In this document: positions 27,147 to 38,800 of the stretch, in pieces
Layout: each line of letters opens with the position of its first letter
How positions within the stretch are numbered: the stretch's first letter is position 1
Notes under the pieces: generated by a model
What the model saw: only the letters and a program-made list of their open reading frames with translations
What the model was told of the DNA's origin: nothing
Database searches by the model: none
Assembly (NCBI GenBank): GCA_041499075.1
Contig: JBGQJN010000001.1
Span: 10,388-74,387, forward strand
Direction of reading: 5' to 3'
From: Minisyncoccia bacterium
Lineage (GTDB): Bacteria > Patescibacteriota > Minisyncoccia > 2-02-FULL-40-12 > IGHO2-01-FULL-4-A
DNA length: 64,000 nucleotides
Made by a program: the position numbers and the translations under genes

Positions 27147-27629
27147 TTAGTAACCTCTCTGATCTTGCTGGAACCTTTCTTCTATTTTTCTTTTTTCGTT
27201 TTCTAAGTCGCTGATTTTCTTTGAGTATTCATCTATCTGCCTCCCGAGATGCGCTTTCATCTCTTGCGTTACAGCTCGGCTATCTTTAAGAGCACTTGCC
27301 CAATCCTCATATTCCCTTCTCCTATTTGGATCCGTAGCATCAACCGGTGACAGTGCGGCATTAAGTTCGTATTCCTTGTCCAATATTTTCCTCATATCTG
27401 GGCCCCTCGATATTTCTAGCCTTCGCTTAAAATCCTCAATTTCAGCAGGGATTTCTGATAATCTCTTTTCGAGCTTAGGTTTTTCCACCACAAATTTCCT
27501 CTTGGCTTCTTCTAGCTTGGCTTGTCTAGCCGCTTCACGTTCTTTTCTAGCTACTTCTTCCATCGGCTCTGGTTCTTTTTCCGCTTCTGCTTTGGGCTTT
27601 ATACCTAAAAATTCTTTAAATGTTGGCAT
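27147..27629 (-). CDS. Hypothetical charged coiled-coil protein
   Basis: 160-aa E/K/R-rich ORF. Confidence 0.65.
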   Translation of the reverse strand: MPTFKEFLGIKPKAEAEKEPEPMEEVARKEREAARQAKLEEAKRKFVVEKPKLEKRLSEIPAEIEDFKRRLEISRGPDMRKILDKEYELNAALSPVDATDPNRRREYEDWASALKDSRAVTQEMKAHLGRQIDEYSKKISDLENEKRKIEERFQQDQRGY

Positions 27630-27676
27630 GTTCCCAATCTACCACTAGTGTTTTTTTTTGCAATTCGGTTATCAAC

Positions 27677-27722
27677 ATAGCTCCGTATATAATTAGCATA
27701 TGCTAATTATATACGGAGCTAT
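27677..27722. repeat. Perfect 46-bp palindrome
   Basis: atagctccgtatataattagcat|atgctaattatatacggagctat. Confidence 0.9.
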
Positions 27723-27742
27723 CAGTTAAAGGCATTAATCTA

Positions 27743-27779
27743 AAGCAAAAAGGACTCCTTTTCAAGAGTCCTTTTTGCT
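27743..27779. terminator. Bidirectional-type terminator downstream of recA
   Basis: agcaaaaaggactc-loop-gagtcctttttgct. Confidence 0.7.
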
Positions 27780-27872
27780 GACACGCAGATTTAGCTCGTA
27801 ATTTATAGAGCTATTCCACCGTTAATCCAAGTATAGCAAAATGGAGTGGTAGAGTCAATACTTGTTATCAAC

Positions 27873-28907
27873 CTATGCCTCCTTGACTGCCGCCGCTTTG
27901 CGGACGGCACCAAGTATCTCCTTCTCAATCTTGGGATTTTCTTTGAGGAATTGGCGGGCGCCTTCAATGCCCTGACCGAGCTTCTGTTCACCGAAGTTAT
28001 ACCAGGCACCGGCCTTAGCAACCACGCCGAGAATCACACCGGTATTAACCAGATCGGCATGTCGGGAGATGCCCTCGTTATAGAGAATATCAAACTCTGC
28101 CACACGGAATGGCGCGGCAACTTTGTTTTTGACGATTTTGACTTTGACTCGATTGCCGATAATTTTCTCGCCGGATTGTATCTGCGCGGCTCGGCGGATC
28201 TCAATTCTGACTGAAGCATAAAATTTAAGAGCAAGGCCACCGGTTGTCGTTTCCGGATTGCCGAACATAACACCAATCTTGTGCCTTATTTGGTTTATAA
28301 ACAAAACCGTGGTGTTGGTTTTGGAAACCACGCCGGTCAGTTTGCGTAAAGCATGTGACATCAGCCGCGCTTGTAGGCCCATGTGCTGTTGGTCCATTTC
28401 ACCTTCAATCTCGGCACGCGGTGTGAGCGCGGCCACGGAATCTACTACTACAAGTTGAATCCCACCAGACCTTACCAAAGTTTCTACTATCTCAAGCGCT
28501 TGCTCGCCGTTGTCCGGTTGAGAAATTAAAAGATCGTTAACCCTGACGCCGATTTTTTTGGCATATTCCGGGTCAAGCGCGTGCTCGGCATCGACATATG
28601 CCGCCACACCGCCGGCCTTCTGGACTTCAGCTACGAGATGCAAAGCCAAAGTCGTCTTACCGGAACTTTCCGGACCATAGACTTCTACCACGCGTCCTCG
28701 TGGAATACCGCCAACACCCAATGCCAGGTCCAGCGAGATCGAGCCGGTTGGTATAACGTCGACATCAACTCTCCGCGCGTCACCAAGTTTCATAATCGAG
28801 CCGTCACCGTATTTTTCCTGTATCTCCCTGACAGCGAGATCCACGCTCCTGTTACTTAGATCAGACTTACTCTGCTTCTCCTCCTTCTTATTTTTTTCTT
28901 TAACCAT
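27873..28907 (-). CDS. recA: Recombinase A
   Basis: [16 protein letters not shown] and ALKFYASVR motifs. Confidence 0.99.
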   Translation of the reverse strand: MVKEKNKKEEKQSKSDLSNRSVDLAVREIQEKYGDGSIMKLGDARRVDVDVIPTGSISLDLALGVGGIPRGRVVEVYGPESSGKTTLALHLVAEVQKAGGVAAYVDAEHALDPEYAKKIGVRVNDLLISQPDNGEQALEIVETLVRSGGIQLVVVDSVAALTPRAEIEGEMDQQHMGLQARLMSHALRKLTGVVSKTNTTVLFINQIRHKIGVMFGNPETTTGGLALKFYASVRIEIRRAAQIQSGEKIIGNRVKVKIVKNKVAAPFRVAEFDILYNEGISRHADLVNTGVILGVVAKAGAWYNFGEQKLGQGIEGARQFLKENPKIEKEILGAVRKAAAVKEA

Positions 28908-28990
28908 AAAAAATTAACAATGCCCTCCCGGCCATTGGTTGTTTAGTAAAATTAACTTAGCAAATTAAACTTCTCACGGCAACTATTACG

Positions 28991-29371
28991 TTATTTCCTC
29001 AATTTTTTCTTTAGGTAAAATACATACTTTAATTTTTTATAGCCAAGCTGATATGCCTTGGCCAAACGGTGTAATCCATCCAAGACCGGCCACCTATTAT
29101 TATTTCTCATAATATCCAGAGGATAATCTAGGTTTGCATTATCAATTTTTTTCTGGTGGTCCTTACTGCCTTCAGTTTTTTTAATTACCTCCCAAGGAGT
29201 AAGATTCCAGTCGTCAGTATCATCTTTTTCCCAGAAAGGTATATCAAAATGCCAAATTAATTCTTCTATATCTAGCTCCGTAACGGGCAGCTCCAGTTTC
29301 CAAAGTTTTTGAAAATTAATTTTAAAGTTAAATCCTAAATCTTCGAGTAATTTTGGCCCGTGGTTTTCCAT
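28991..29371 (-). CDS. Small ParB/sulfiredoxin-like domain protein (possible frameshift near the 3' end)
   Basis: ANLDYPL...VLDGLHRLAKA motif; an alternative frame after the A-run reads IKVCILPKEKIEEIT*. Confidence 0.6.
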   Translation of the reverse strand: MENHGPKLLEDLGFNFKINFQKLWKLELPVTELDIEELIWHFDIPFWEKDDTDDWNLTPWEVIKKTEGSKDHQKKIDNANLDYPLDIMRNNNRWPVLDGLHRLAKAYQLGYKKLKYVFYLKKKLRK

Positions 29372-29406
29372 TGAAATATTCTATTCTTCCGTTGCAATCT
29401 TATCAT

Positions 29407-29522
29407 CACATTCAGGCTGCTGCCTTCAGTATTTCCTACATTCAGCTTGTTAGCTTCAGTACTTCCTCGCTTCCTCTCGGTCGTCGCCGGAGTTTATACT
29501 GAGCCAGCGAAGTGCTCCTCAA
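29407..29522 (-). repeat. REP-like repeat family C, composite copy with two units
   Basis: Reverse strand reads ttgaggagcacttcgctggctcagtataaactccggcg...gaggaagtactgaagctaacaagctgaatgt-aggaaatactgaaggcagcagcctgaatgtg. Confidence 0.8.
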
Positions 29523-29524
29523 CC

Positions 29525-31783
29525 TCATTCTTCTATGGCTATCTTGTCGTCTAGCTTTGAATCTACAGATACAACCTCGGCTGTGCTACCATCATCCACG
29601 TAGTTATCTTCAACGGGCACAGGCACGCCCCCGCCCCTGCCGATATAGACTTCCCTGGGTTTAGCACCCTCGCCGGGGCCGATTATGCCCGCCTCTTCAA
29701 GTAGGTCAAGCAATCTCGCCGCTCTGGCATAACCCACTCGCAATCTACGTTGGAGTAAAGATGCCGATGCCTTGCCGGCTTGAGCCACGACGACCTTGGC
29801 ATCACCAAATAAGACGTCTCCCATGCCGTCATCAGAGCCGGTCAAGGTCGCATCAGAAACCGGAGCATCAAGGTCAAGCTTGAGATCACTGCCCTCCGTC
29901 TCGTCGGCATTTTCTTCTTCAAGACTTTCGGCCTGTTGTTTGATAAATTTAACGACATCCTTGACTTCTTTCTCGGTGACATAAGAACCTTGTAACCGGC
30001 GTGGTTTGGCAGTATCGCCGGCAAGATAAAGCATATCGCCGTTGCCCAAGAGTTTTTCGGCGCCGGACATATCCAAAATAGTCCGCGAATCAACTTGAGA
30101 AGCAACTTGTAAAGCAATACGCGAAGTAATGTTCGCCTTGATCAAACCGGTAATGACTTCTACTGACGGGCGCTGGGTAGAGACAACCAGATGAATACCG
30201 ACTGCGCGGGCCATCTGGGCCAAACGCACGATCCCGGCTTCCACATCCCTGCCGTGCGCCGCCATCAAATCAGCCAATTCATCAATAACAATAACTATGA
30301 ACGGCATGAGATCAGCTTTGGCTTCAGACTGTTTAGTATTAAATGAGAACAAATCGCGCGAACCGGAAACCGAGAGACGTTCGTAGCGTTTTTCCATTTC
30401 TCTGACTGCCCAGCGCAAGGCGTTGACTACTTTTTTGCCATCGGTAATGACCGGAGTAATCAGGTGCGGAATATTATTGTAAAGTGATAGCTCGACGCGC
30501 TTGGGGTCAACCAAAATCAGCTTGAGCATATCCGGCGAATGCTTGTACAAAAGTGAAAGCAAAAGCGTATTAATGGCAATGGATTTGCCGGTGCCAGTCG
30601 CACCGGCTATTAACATATGCGGCATCTTTTCAAGCCCGGCATAGACCGGGAAACCGGCAACATCGCGGCCGATAGCAATCGGCAGAGAATATTTACTTTT
30701 CTTGAAATCTTCCGGCTCAAACATATCGCGTAAACCGACGAGGGCGGATTTCTTGTTAGGGACTTCTATGCCGACAAGCGCCTTACCGGGAATGGGTGCT
30801 TCTATTCTTATGGGATGCGCCGCCAAAGCCAAAGCTAAATCCGGTCCCAGGGCGGTAATCTTTGACAGCTTCACGCCCACTGCCGGACGCAAAGTGAATT
30901 GGGTAACAGTCGGTCCGATGGAGACTTCGCCCATTTCAACGTCAATGCCGAAATTCTGAAGCGTGCGCTTGATCACTGTCACATTGGCATTGATATCCCC
31001 TGATCTAGGTTGGTCTTTGTCAGAATGCAATATCTCAATCGGCGGCAGAACCCATTTGCCTGATTTGGACGTCTTAATCACAAACTCCCGCTCTTCGTCA
31101 TCATGTTTGGCGGCAGTTTTGGCAATAACTTGGAGTTTCGGATTTTTAGCGGCGGCTTCCTCAGCCCTTTGCATTTCCGCTGTAATTACCTGGGTACCGC
31201 GCTTGATAACAACGTTGTCTTTGAGCACGGGCACTCCCGTGCTTTCTTCAGTTTCGTCTTCGGTTTTCCACAATAACTTATGAAATGGAATGTTTAAAGC
31301 TATAAGCACCGATACAAAAAGCAAAATCAGAAGAATAATAAATGAAGCAACAAAGCCAACCGAGCTATATATGGGAAGTCCCAGGATAAGGCCGAGATAA
31401 CCGCCCTGATGCACCCGCAAAGCAAAGTCGCCTTTGCCTATAATGTAAAACAGCGCCAAAAAAGTCAGAACAAAAAGCAGCGTACCCAAGGTTGCGCTTG
31501 AGTAAATACGGCGGGACATTGATTTCAAGAAGGCAACACCGAGCAATATCAGCGCCAGTGGCACCAAAAACATACCCCAGCCGAAAAGTGCGCCGGCCAC
31601 GGAACCAAAAAGATCTCCGGCCCCGCCGGCTTTGTGGAAGAACGCCAGCGTGCTTACCAAGGCCAGACCTAGACAAGCTACTCCCCAGATGCCATTTTTC
31701 GTCTCTTGCGACAAACCCAAATGCTCTTTAGTCTCCCCTGTTTCTTTTTCAGCCTTATTATATTTTTTGAGCTTCTTTTTCAC
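29525..31783 (-). CDS. ftsK: DNA translocase FtsK/SpoIIIE
   Basis: N-terminal TM helices, AGATGTGKS, IDELADLM and gamma domain LQRRLRVGYARAAR. Confidence 0.97.
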   Translation of the reverse strand: MKKKLKKYNKAEKETGETKEHLGLSQETKNGIWGVACLGLALVSTLAFFHKAGGAGDLFGSVAGALFGWGMFLVPLALILLGVAFLKSMSRRIYSSATLGTLLFVLTFLALFYIIGKGDFALRVHQGGYLGLILGLPIYSSVGFVASFIILLILLFVSVLIALNIPFHKLLWKTEDETEESTGVPVLKDNVVIKRGTQVITAEMQRAEEAAAKNPKLQVIAKTAAKHDDEEREFVIKTSKSGKWVLPPIEILHSDKDQPRSGDINANVTVIKRTLQNFGIDVEMGEVSIGPTVTQFTLRPAVGVKLSKITALGPDLALALAAHPIRIEAPIPGKALVGIEVPNKKSALVGLRDMFEPEDFKKSKYSLPIAIGRDVAGFPVYAGLEKMPHMLIAGATGTGKSIAINTLLLSLLYKHSPDMLKLILVDPKRVELSLYNNIPHLITPVITDGKKVVNALRWAVREMEKRYERLSVSGSRDLFSFNTKQSEAKADLMPFIVIVIDELADLMAAHGRDVEAGIVRLAQMARAVGIHLVVSTQRPSVEVITGLIKANITSRIALQVASQVDSRTILDMSGAEKLLGNGDMLYLAGDTAKPRRLQGSYVTEKEVKDVVKFIKQQAESLEEENADETEGSDLKLDLDAPVSDATLTGSDDGMGDVLFGDAKVVVAQAGKASASLLQRRLRVGYARAARLLDLLEEAGIIGPGEGAKPREVYIGRGGGVPVPVEDNYVDDGSTAEVVSVDSKLDDKIAIEE

Positions 31784-31852
31784 TAACTAAATTTTATGAG
31801 AAACAGCGCTAAAAAGCAAATGGCAATAGGCGGTCATTTTCAAAAAATATCA

Positions 31853-31881
31853 TTGACATCAAAAACCTCATATGTTATCTT
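31853..31881 (+). promoter_or_regulatory. Sigma70-type promoter
   Basis: TTGACA-17 bp-TATCTT with an extended TG. Confidence 0.65.
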
Positions 31882-31921
31882 TACCCTTAGTTACTATAAA
31901 ATTTAATAGCGGAGGGAACTT

Positions 31922-32243
31922 ATGAGTCTATCTCAAATGCGCATAGACACTAGATTACTCAATAGCAATGAGCTGTTAGGGGTTTTAAAAGACCAAATCT
32001 TCCACCCAAAAGATAAAAAAATTATATATACTTCGTTCCTTAGAAGAAATCGAGGCAGAGTTACAAGAGGCTGGTTATTCTTATAATTTCGTGGATCTAG
32101 AAAATCTCATAATATATCTCGTTGAGCAAGCGGCATATTTAGGAATTAGAATAATAGCGGTTGCGGTTAAGGAGTTTGATATAGAAAAACCTATGTCATG
32201 GGCCAAAGGTTGCATAATAAAGTTCATTCATTTCATGTATTAG
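31922..32243 (+). pseudogene. Frameshifted hypothetical gene (~106 aa if one A is removed from the A7 run)
   Basis: GGAGG RBS, then MSLSQMRID...PKDKK; the frame continues +1 as LYILRSLEEIEAELQEAG...FMY*. Confidence 0.55.
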
Positions 32244-32328
32244 ATATCTGAGGCAAATAGACAGGTTAAATCCCAAAATCTAGAAGAGGCCAGACGGTCT
32301 CTTTTTTCAAAAACAAATACAAAAAAAT

Positions 32329-32586
32329 ATGATCTTAGCCATTGAACTTAGCCAGGATACAATTACTCTGGAGCTGTCAGACAAAGGCAGGGCTGTTGAC
32401 ATTGAAACAGCAAAGTACTATCATGATATAGACGATGTGTTGATAACTAGTATTGACAGACTTTTAAAAAGGAATAAGATTGACATCAAATCACTAAAAA
32501 GCTATAGAATACTTGGTAATTTAGGTTCTGACAGCACTTCATACAAAATAGCCCAGGCTTTCGTAGAGGGCTTAAAAGTTAGGTAA
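32329..32586 (+). CDS. Short protein resembling the N-terminal half of TsaB/YeaZ
   Basis: MILAIE...LITSIDRLLK...STSYKIAQAF pattern. Confidence 0.5.
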   Translation: MILAIELSQDTITLELSDKGRAVDIETAKYYHDIDDVLITSIDRLLKRNKIDIKSLKSYRILGNLGSDSTSYKIAQAFVEGLKVR

Positions 32587-32712
32587 TGGCCTGCGATATA
32601 GTTACTTAACTTGTAATCCTTAAGATTGGCTACTGATATCTCGAAAAATTAAAGAGAGGAATTTTAATTCGTCCCCGCTAAGCGGGGCTAGGTGTTTTTG
32701 TCTTCTCAAAAT

Positions 32713-35700
32713 ATGCGTAAGATTTTCTCCAAATATTCGCCGGATACTTTCGAGGCGCCTAACCTGGTGCAGGTACAACTTGACTCGTACCAGTGGTTTT
32801 TAGATGTCGGCTTAAAAGAACTGCTCAACGACGTTTCCCCCATCTCTGATTGGACCGGCAAAGAGCTTGAGTTGAGGTTTTTAGATTTCAAACTTGAAGA
32901 GCCAAAATTCAGTGAACGTGTCGCCCGAGAAAAAAATATTACCTTTGAAGCTCCATTACGCGTAAAAATAGCTCTGACCAACAAGAAGACCGGCCAGGTT
33001 GACGAACAGGAAGTTTATCTTGGCGATTTTCCGATTATTACGCCTCGCGGCACATTTGTAATTAACGGCGTTGAGAGAGTCGTGATCTCACAGCTCATTC
33101 GTAGCCCAGGCGCATTCTTTTCTTTATCACGTTCAAGCCGTTTCAAACGGTTTTTTGGTGCTAAGATAATTCCTTCGCGCGGCGCTTGGCTGGAGTTTGA
33201 AACTGAATCAAGTGGAGCAATTTCAGTAAGGATCGATCGTAAAAGAAAAATACCGGCAACTTCCATCTTGCGTGCCTTTGGCGTCAGCAAAGACGAAGAC
33301 ATAAAAAAACTTTTTGAGGATGTAGATACCGATCCGGAGATGAAGTACATCCTATCAACCATTGTTGCTGATCCGGCATCCACCGAAGAAGAAGGCCTGA
33401 TTGAAGTGTACAAACGATTACGTCCGGGCGATCCGGCCACGGTAGACACCGCCCGGCAAATGGTCACTAATACATTTTTTAACTTCTCGAGGTATGACCT
33501 TTCCAAAGTAGGCCGCTACCGGATGAATGAACGCTTCCAGAAAGACTATCCTCTTGATGAAAAGAATCGGGTTTTGAAATTGGATGATGTCGTCTGCATT
33601 ATGCGCGAAATCATAAAGCTCAATAACGACCCGGCTGCCCAACCGGACAATATTGACCATTTAGGCAACCGCAGGGTTAAAACTCTGGGTGAACTACTGC
33701 AAGACAAATTGCGACTATCCTTCACCCGAATGGAGCGTATTATCAAGGATCGCATGAGCACGCTTGATATTACTACCGTAGTACCGGCTCAACTGGTTAA
33801 CTCCCGTCCCTTCGTAGCCTCGGTAAAAGAGTTCTTTTCTTCTGGTCAGCTTTCACAGTTCATGGACCAGGTTAATCCGCTGGCTGAGCTTGAACACAAG
33901 CGCAGACTATCCGCCTTAGGCCCCGGCGGTCTTACCCGCGAACGAGCAAGCTTTGAGGTACGTGACGTTCATCCTTCGCATTACGGCCGAATTTGTCCTA
34001 TTGAAACGCCCGAAGGTCCGAACATTGGTCTTGTCGGCCATCTAGCTTTGTATGCTAATGTCTCTCCTCTGGGTTTCATACTTACACCTTACCGCAAAGT
34101 GGTGAAGGGCCATGTTACCGACCAGATAGACTATTTGGGTGCGACTGAAGAGGAACGTTTCATCATTTCGCACGCCGGCGCCAAACTTGATGCTAAGGGC
34201 AAGTTTTTGGAAGATAAGATCCCCGCTCGAATCCACTCCGAACCTGGCTTAGCCATTCCGCAAGAAATAGACTACATCGATGTCTCACCAAAACAACCGT
34301 TTTCTGTAGCCACTTCTTTGATCCCCTTTCTTGAAAATGACGATGCTAACCGCGCTTTGATGGGATCGAACATGCAACGCCAAGCCGTACCTATAATCAC
34401 GCCGGAAGAACCGATTGTCGGTACCGGCCTTGAAAGCAAAGTCGCCCGTGATTCAGGCATGATGGTCATTTCCGCTGACGCCGGAACGGTAGAAGAGGTA
34501 GATAGCTCGCATGTTATGCTCAAAAATACCAAAGGAGAAAAGACGATTTATGATCTGCTCAAATTCAACAAATCAAACAGCTTTACCGCCATCAACCAGC
34601 GGGCAATTGTCCGGGTTGGCCAAAAAATTAAAAAGGGCGACGTTTTAGCCGACGGACCGGCAACGCAAAACGGCGAGTTGGCTCTGGGACGCAATCTTCT
34701 GGTAGCCTTCATGTCTTTTGAAGGAGCCAACTTTGAAGACGCGGTTGTGCTTTCGGAAAAATTGGTCAAAGAAGACCTTTTCACTTCAATACATATAGAA
34801 GACTACTCGATTGACGTGCGCGAAACCAAGCTCGGTCCGGAAATAACAACTTATGATATTCCCAACCGGTCAGAAGAAAAACTCAAAGATCTGGACCCCG
34901 ATGGTGTAGTCAGGATCGGCGCCGAAGTTAGATCGCAGGATATTTTGGTAGGTAAAATTTCGCCTAAAGGCGAGAGTGACCTGACTGCCGAAGAAAGATT
35001 ACTGCGTGCAATATTCGGAGAAAAATCACAGGACGTCAAAGATACCTCTTTAACTCTTGATTATGGTAAAATCGGCCGTGTTGTTGGCGTGCGTGTCTTT
35101 TCACGCGAGCAGGGAGACAAACTGCCTGCCGGTGTCATCAAAACCATTCAGGTTTCAATCGCTCAGATGCGTAAAGTACAGGTCGGCGATAAGCTTGCCG
35201 GACGTCACGGCAACAAGGGTGTTATCTCCACGATACTACCTGAAGAAGATATGCCTTTCTTGCCTGATGGCCGACCGGTTGACATGATATTGAGCCCCCT
35301 GGGTATCATTTCACGTATGAACATCGGCCAGGTTCTTGAAACTCATCTTGGCTGGGCTGCACAAAAACTCGGTTATAAGGCCGCCGTGCCTTCTATGGGC
35401 GGAGCTACTGAAGACATGATCAAAGAAGAGTTGCACAAAGCCGGTTTGCCCGAAGACGGCAAAATTTATGTATACGATGGCCGGACCGGCCGGAGGTTTG
35501 AGCAAAAAACCACTGTCGGCGTAATTTATTTCATGAAACTGATGCACATGGTTGAAGATAAAATTCATATGCGTTCAATCGGTCCGTACTCACTGATCAC
35601 CCAGCAGCCGCTTGGCGGCAAGGCGCAATTCGGCGGCCAAAGATTCGGAGAAATGGAAGTCTGGGCGCTTGAGGGATATGGCGCCGCTCATACTTTACAG

Positions 35701-35865
35701 GAGATGCTGACGATTAAATCAGATGATGTTCAGGGCCGCGCTAAAACGTATGAATCAATAGTTGAAGGCGAAGAGATACGCGCCCCGCATCTGCCTGAAT
35801 CATTCAAGGTATTATTGTCAGAAATCAAAGGATTGGGATTAAACATTGAGCTTAAAGAAATGTAA
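32713..35865 (+). CDS. rpoB: RNA polymerase beta subunit
   Basis: [32 protein letters not shown] and GQRFGEME motifs. Confidence 0.99.
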   Translation: MRKIFSKYSPDTFEAPNLVQVQLDSYQWFLDVGLKELLNDVSPISDWTGKELELRFLDFKLEEPKFSERVAREKNITFEAPLRVKIALTNKKTGQVDEQEVYLGDFPIITPRGTFVINGVERVVISQLIRSPGAFFSLSRSSRFKRFFGAKIIPSRGAWLEFETESSGAISVRIDRKRKIPATSILRAFGVSKDEDIKKLFEDVDTDPEMKYILSTIVADPASTEEEGLIEVYKRLRPGDPATVDTARQMVTNTFFNFSRYDLSKVGRYRMNERFQKDYPLDEKNRVLKLDDVVCIMREIIKLNNDPAAQPDNIDHLGNRRVKTLGELLQDKLRLSFTRMERIIKDRMSTLDITTVVPAQLVNSRPFVASVKEFFSSGQLSQFMDQVNPLAELEHKRRLSALGPGGLTRERASFEVRDVHPSHYGRICPIETPEGPNIGLVGHLALYANVSPLGFILTPYRKVVKGHVTDQIDYLGATEEERFIISHAGAKLDAKGKFLEDKIPARIHSEPGLAIPQEIDYIDVSPKQPFSVATSLIPFLENDDANRALMGSNMQRQAVPIITPEEPIVGTGLESKVARDSGMMVISADAGTVEEVDSSHVMLKNTKGEKTIYDLLKFNKSNSFTAINQRAIVRVGQKIKKGDVLADGPATQNGELALGRNLLVAFMSFEGANFEDAVVLSEKLVKEDLFTSIHIEDYSIDVRETKLGPEITTYDIPNRSEEKLKDLDPDGVVRIGAEVRSQDILVGKISPKGESDLTAEERLLRAIFGEKSQDVKDTSLTLDYGKIGRVVGVRVFSREQGDKLPAGVIKTIQVSIAQMRKVQVGDKLAGRHGNKGVISTILPEEDMPFLPDGRPVDMILSPLGIISRMNIGQVLETHLGWAAQKLGYKAAVPSMGGATEDMIKEELHKAGLPEDGKIYVYDGRTGRRFEQKTTVGVIYFMKLMHMVEDKIHMRSIGPYSLITQQPLGGKAQFGGQRFGEMEVWALEGYGAAHTLQEMLTIKSDDVQGRAKTYESIVEGEEIRAPHLPESFKVLLSEIKGLGLNIELKEM

Positions 35866-35869
35866 TCAT

Positions 35870-38800
35870 ATGAATTTTAGCGCATTAAAGCTTAAGATTG
35901 CCTCTCCGGAAGAGATTTTAGAATGGTCTTACGGCGAAGTCACTAAACCGGAAACCATCAATTATCGCACGCAGAAACCGGAGAAAGAAGGGCTTTTTTC
36001 AGAGTCTATTTTCGGGCCGACCAAAGACTGGGAATGTTATTGCGGTAAATACAAGAGGATCCGCTACAAGGGTATCATATGTGACCGCTGCGGCGTTGAA
36101 GTAACGCGTTCTATCGTCCGCCGTGAGCGAATGGGCCATATTAAACTGGCTAGTCCGATAGCACATATATGGTTTTTGCGCGGCGTGCCCTCACGTATTG
36201 CGACACTGCTTGACGTTTCACTTCCTGATTTGGAAAGGGTGATTTACTTTGCAAGCTATATCGTAACTAAGGTCAATGAAGAGCTTAAGGTGGAAGCCGT
36301 CAAAAAAATGGAATCCGAGTTCAAGTCTCTCATTAAAAATGCCAAGCAAGAAACCGAGCAGGATAAAATCAAAGCCCAAAAAGAAAGAGAGCGAGAGAAC
36401 CTCCGCAGTCTCAAAAAATATCAAATACTTTCTGAACTTGATTTCCGAGACCTATCTCTTAAATACGGAGAGGTTTTTGAAGCCAGTATCGGCGCTGAAG
36501 CCGTAAGACGTTTGCTTGAAGAGATGAACCTTGAGGAAGAGGTAAAAAAGGGTGAAGCCTCCGTGAAAGACATGGATAATACCGTAGCTCAGAAAAAAAT
36601 GCTGCGCCGCCTCAAAATGCTAAAACGCATGTGGCGAAGCAACATTCGGCCTGAATGGATGATCATGACCGTTCTGCCTATTATTCCGCCGCTTCTGCGG
36701 CCAATGGTCCAACTTGACGGCGGACGCTTTGCCACTTCCGATCTCAACGATCTCTATCGCCGCGTTATCAATAGGAACAACCGCTTAAAACATTTACTTG
36801 AACTTCGCGCGCCTGAAGTTATTACCAAAAACGAGAAGCGCATGCTTCAAGAAGCGGTGGATGCCTTAATCGACAACAGTATGCGCCGAGGCCAAACACT
36901 GGTTTCTGCTTCAACCGGTCAAAAACGGGCATTGAAATCTCTGGCGGATATGCTCAAAGGCAAACAGGGTAGATTCAGACAAAACTTACTCGGTAAGCGT
37001 GTGGATTATTCCGGCCGAAGCGTTATCGTCATCGGACCGGGGCTTAAGCTTGGCGAATGCGGTCTGCCTAAATACATGGCTTTAGAACTTTTTAAACCAT
37101 TCATCATTAACTATCTTAAAACCAAAGGTCTGGCTCACAACATACGTTCGGCAAATCATTTAATAGACCAGGAAGTGCCGGAAGTCTGGGAAGCACTGGA
37201 TGAGGCAATTAAGGATAAGCTGGTATTGCTAAATCGCGCGCCAACTCTACACAGACTGTCAGTACAAGCGTTCAAGCCGGTATTGATTGAGGGTAAGGCA
37301 ATCAAGATCCCCGCCTTGCCTACCCGTGCCTTCAACGCCGACTTTGATGGTGACCAGATGGCTGTCCATTTGCCGCTGACCAAAGAAGCTCAGCAAGAGG
37401 CTCAGGATCTTATGCTCTCGACCCATGGTATTTTGAAGCCGGCAAGCGGCGAACCGGTCGCCATTGCTACCCGCGACATTACTTTCGGCTGTTACTATCT
37501 TACCAGTATCCACAACGGCGCAACTGGAGAAAACAAGATATTTTCATCCGAGTCAGAAACCATGCTCGCCTACGACCATGGCGTTATTGATTTGCGAGCT
37601 AAAATCAAAGTGCATTTGACCAAAAAACCGGCCAACGGCGAAGACAAGCTGGTTGAGACCACCATAGGCAGAATTATCTTTAACCATGCTCTGCCGGAAG
37701 CTCATATCTTCATAAACAAAACACTGAATCAGACCGACTTGCGCAATATAGAAGCCGAGATTTTACATAACTATGGCGAAGATCGAACGGTAGAATTTTT
37801 AGATGCCATCAAAGAATATGGTTTTCATTACGCCACCGTCTCGGGCGTATCCTGGGGCATGAATGACTTGAGGATCCCTATTGAAAAAAATGAGCTTATC
37901 GCTGAAGCTGAAAAAATAATAGAAGAAAACAAATCACTCTACGAGCAGGGACTACTTACTGAATACGAAAGAAAATCAAAGGCAATTGAGCTTTGGACAC
38001 TGACCAAAAGCAAACTTGAAAAACTTGTCAGTAAACAATTCGGCGAGGACGACGCAGTATTTATGATGGTAGATTCAAAAGCCCGCGGCAATTGGGGCAC
38101 GGTCAACCAGCTTGCCGGTATGCGTGGTTTGATGGTCAAACCCGACGGTGAACTGATTGAATTGCCGGTTAAAAGCTCCTTCAAACAGGGCTTAAATGTT
38201 TTGGAATACTTTATCTCTACTCACGGTGCCAGAAAAGGTCTGGTAGACACGGCTTTGCGTACAGCAACCGCCGGTTATCTTACCAGACGCTTAGTTGATG
38301 TCGCCCAAGATGTTGTCATCAAAGAAGAAGATTGCAAGGACAAAGAGGGTTATACCCTACACGCCCAGGATGGCAAGGCTGCCGGCGGTGAAAATATCGG
38401 CAAACGCTTGCATGGCCGCACTTTGCTTGAAGATATCAAAGACGCCGAAGGCAATGTTATCGCCAAGAAAGGCCAGGTGGTCAACAGAGAAGTCAGCCAT
38501 AAAATTGATCAGATTAAACTTGATAAAATCAGGATTCGTTCGGTTATTACTTGTAAAGCCGTTGATGGCATCTGCCGCATGTGCTACGGCTACGATTTGT
38601 CCAAAAACAAGCTCGTAGAAATCGGCGAGGCCGTGGGTATCGTTACCGCCCAAGCTATCGGCGAACCGGGTACTCAGCTAACAATGAGGACGTTCCACAC
38701 CGGCGGTGTGGCCAGCGTTGGTGATATTACCATGGGTTTGCCGCGCGTGCAGGAAATATTTGAAGTGCGTCCGCCGTCAGGCAAGGCTTTGATTTCTGAA

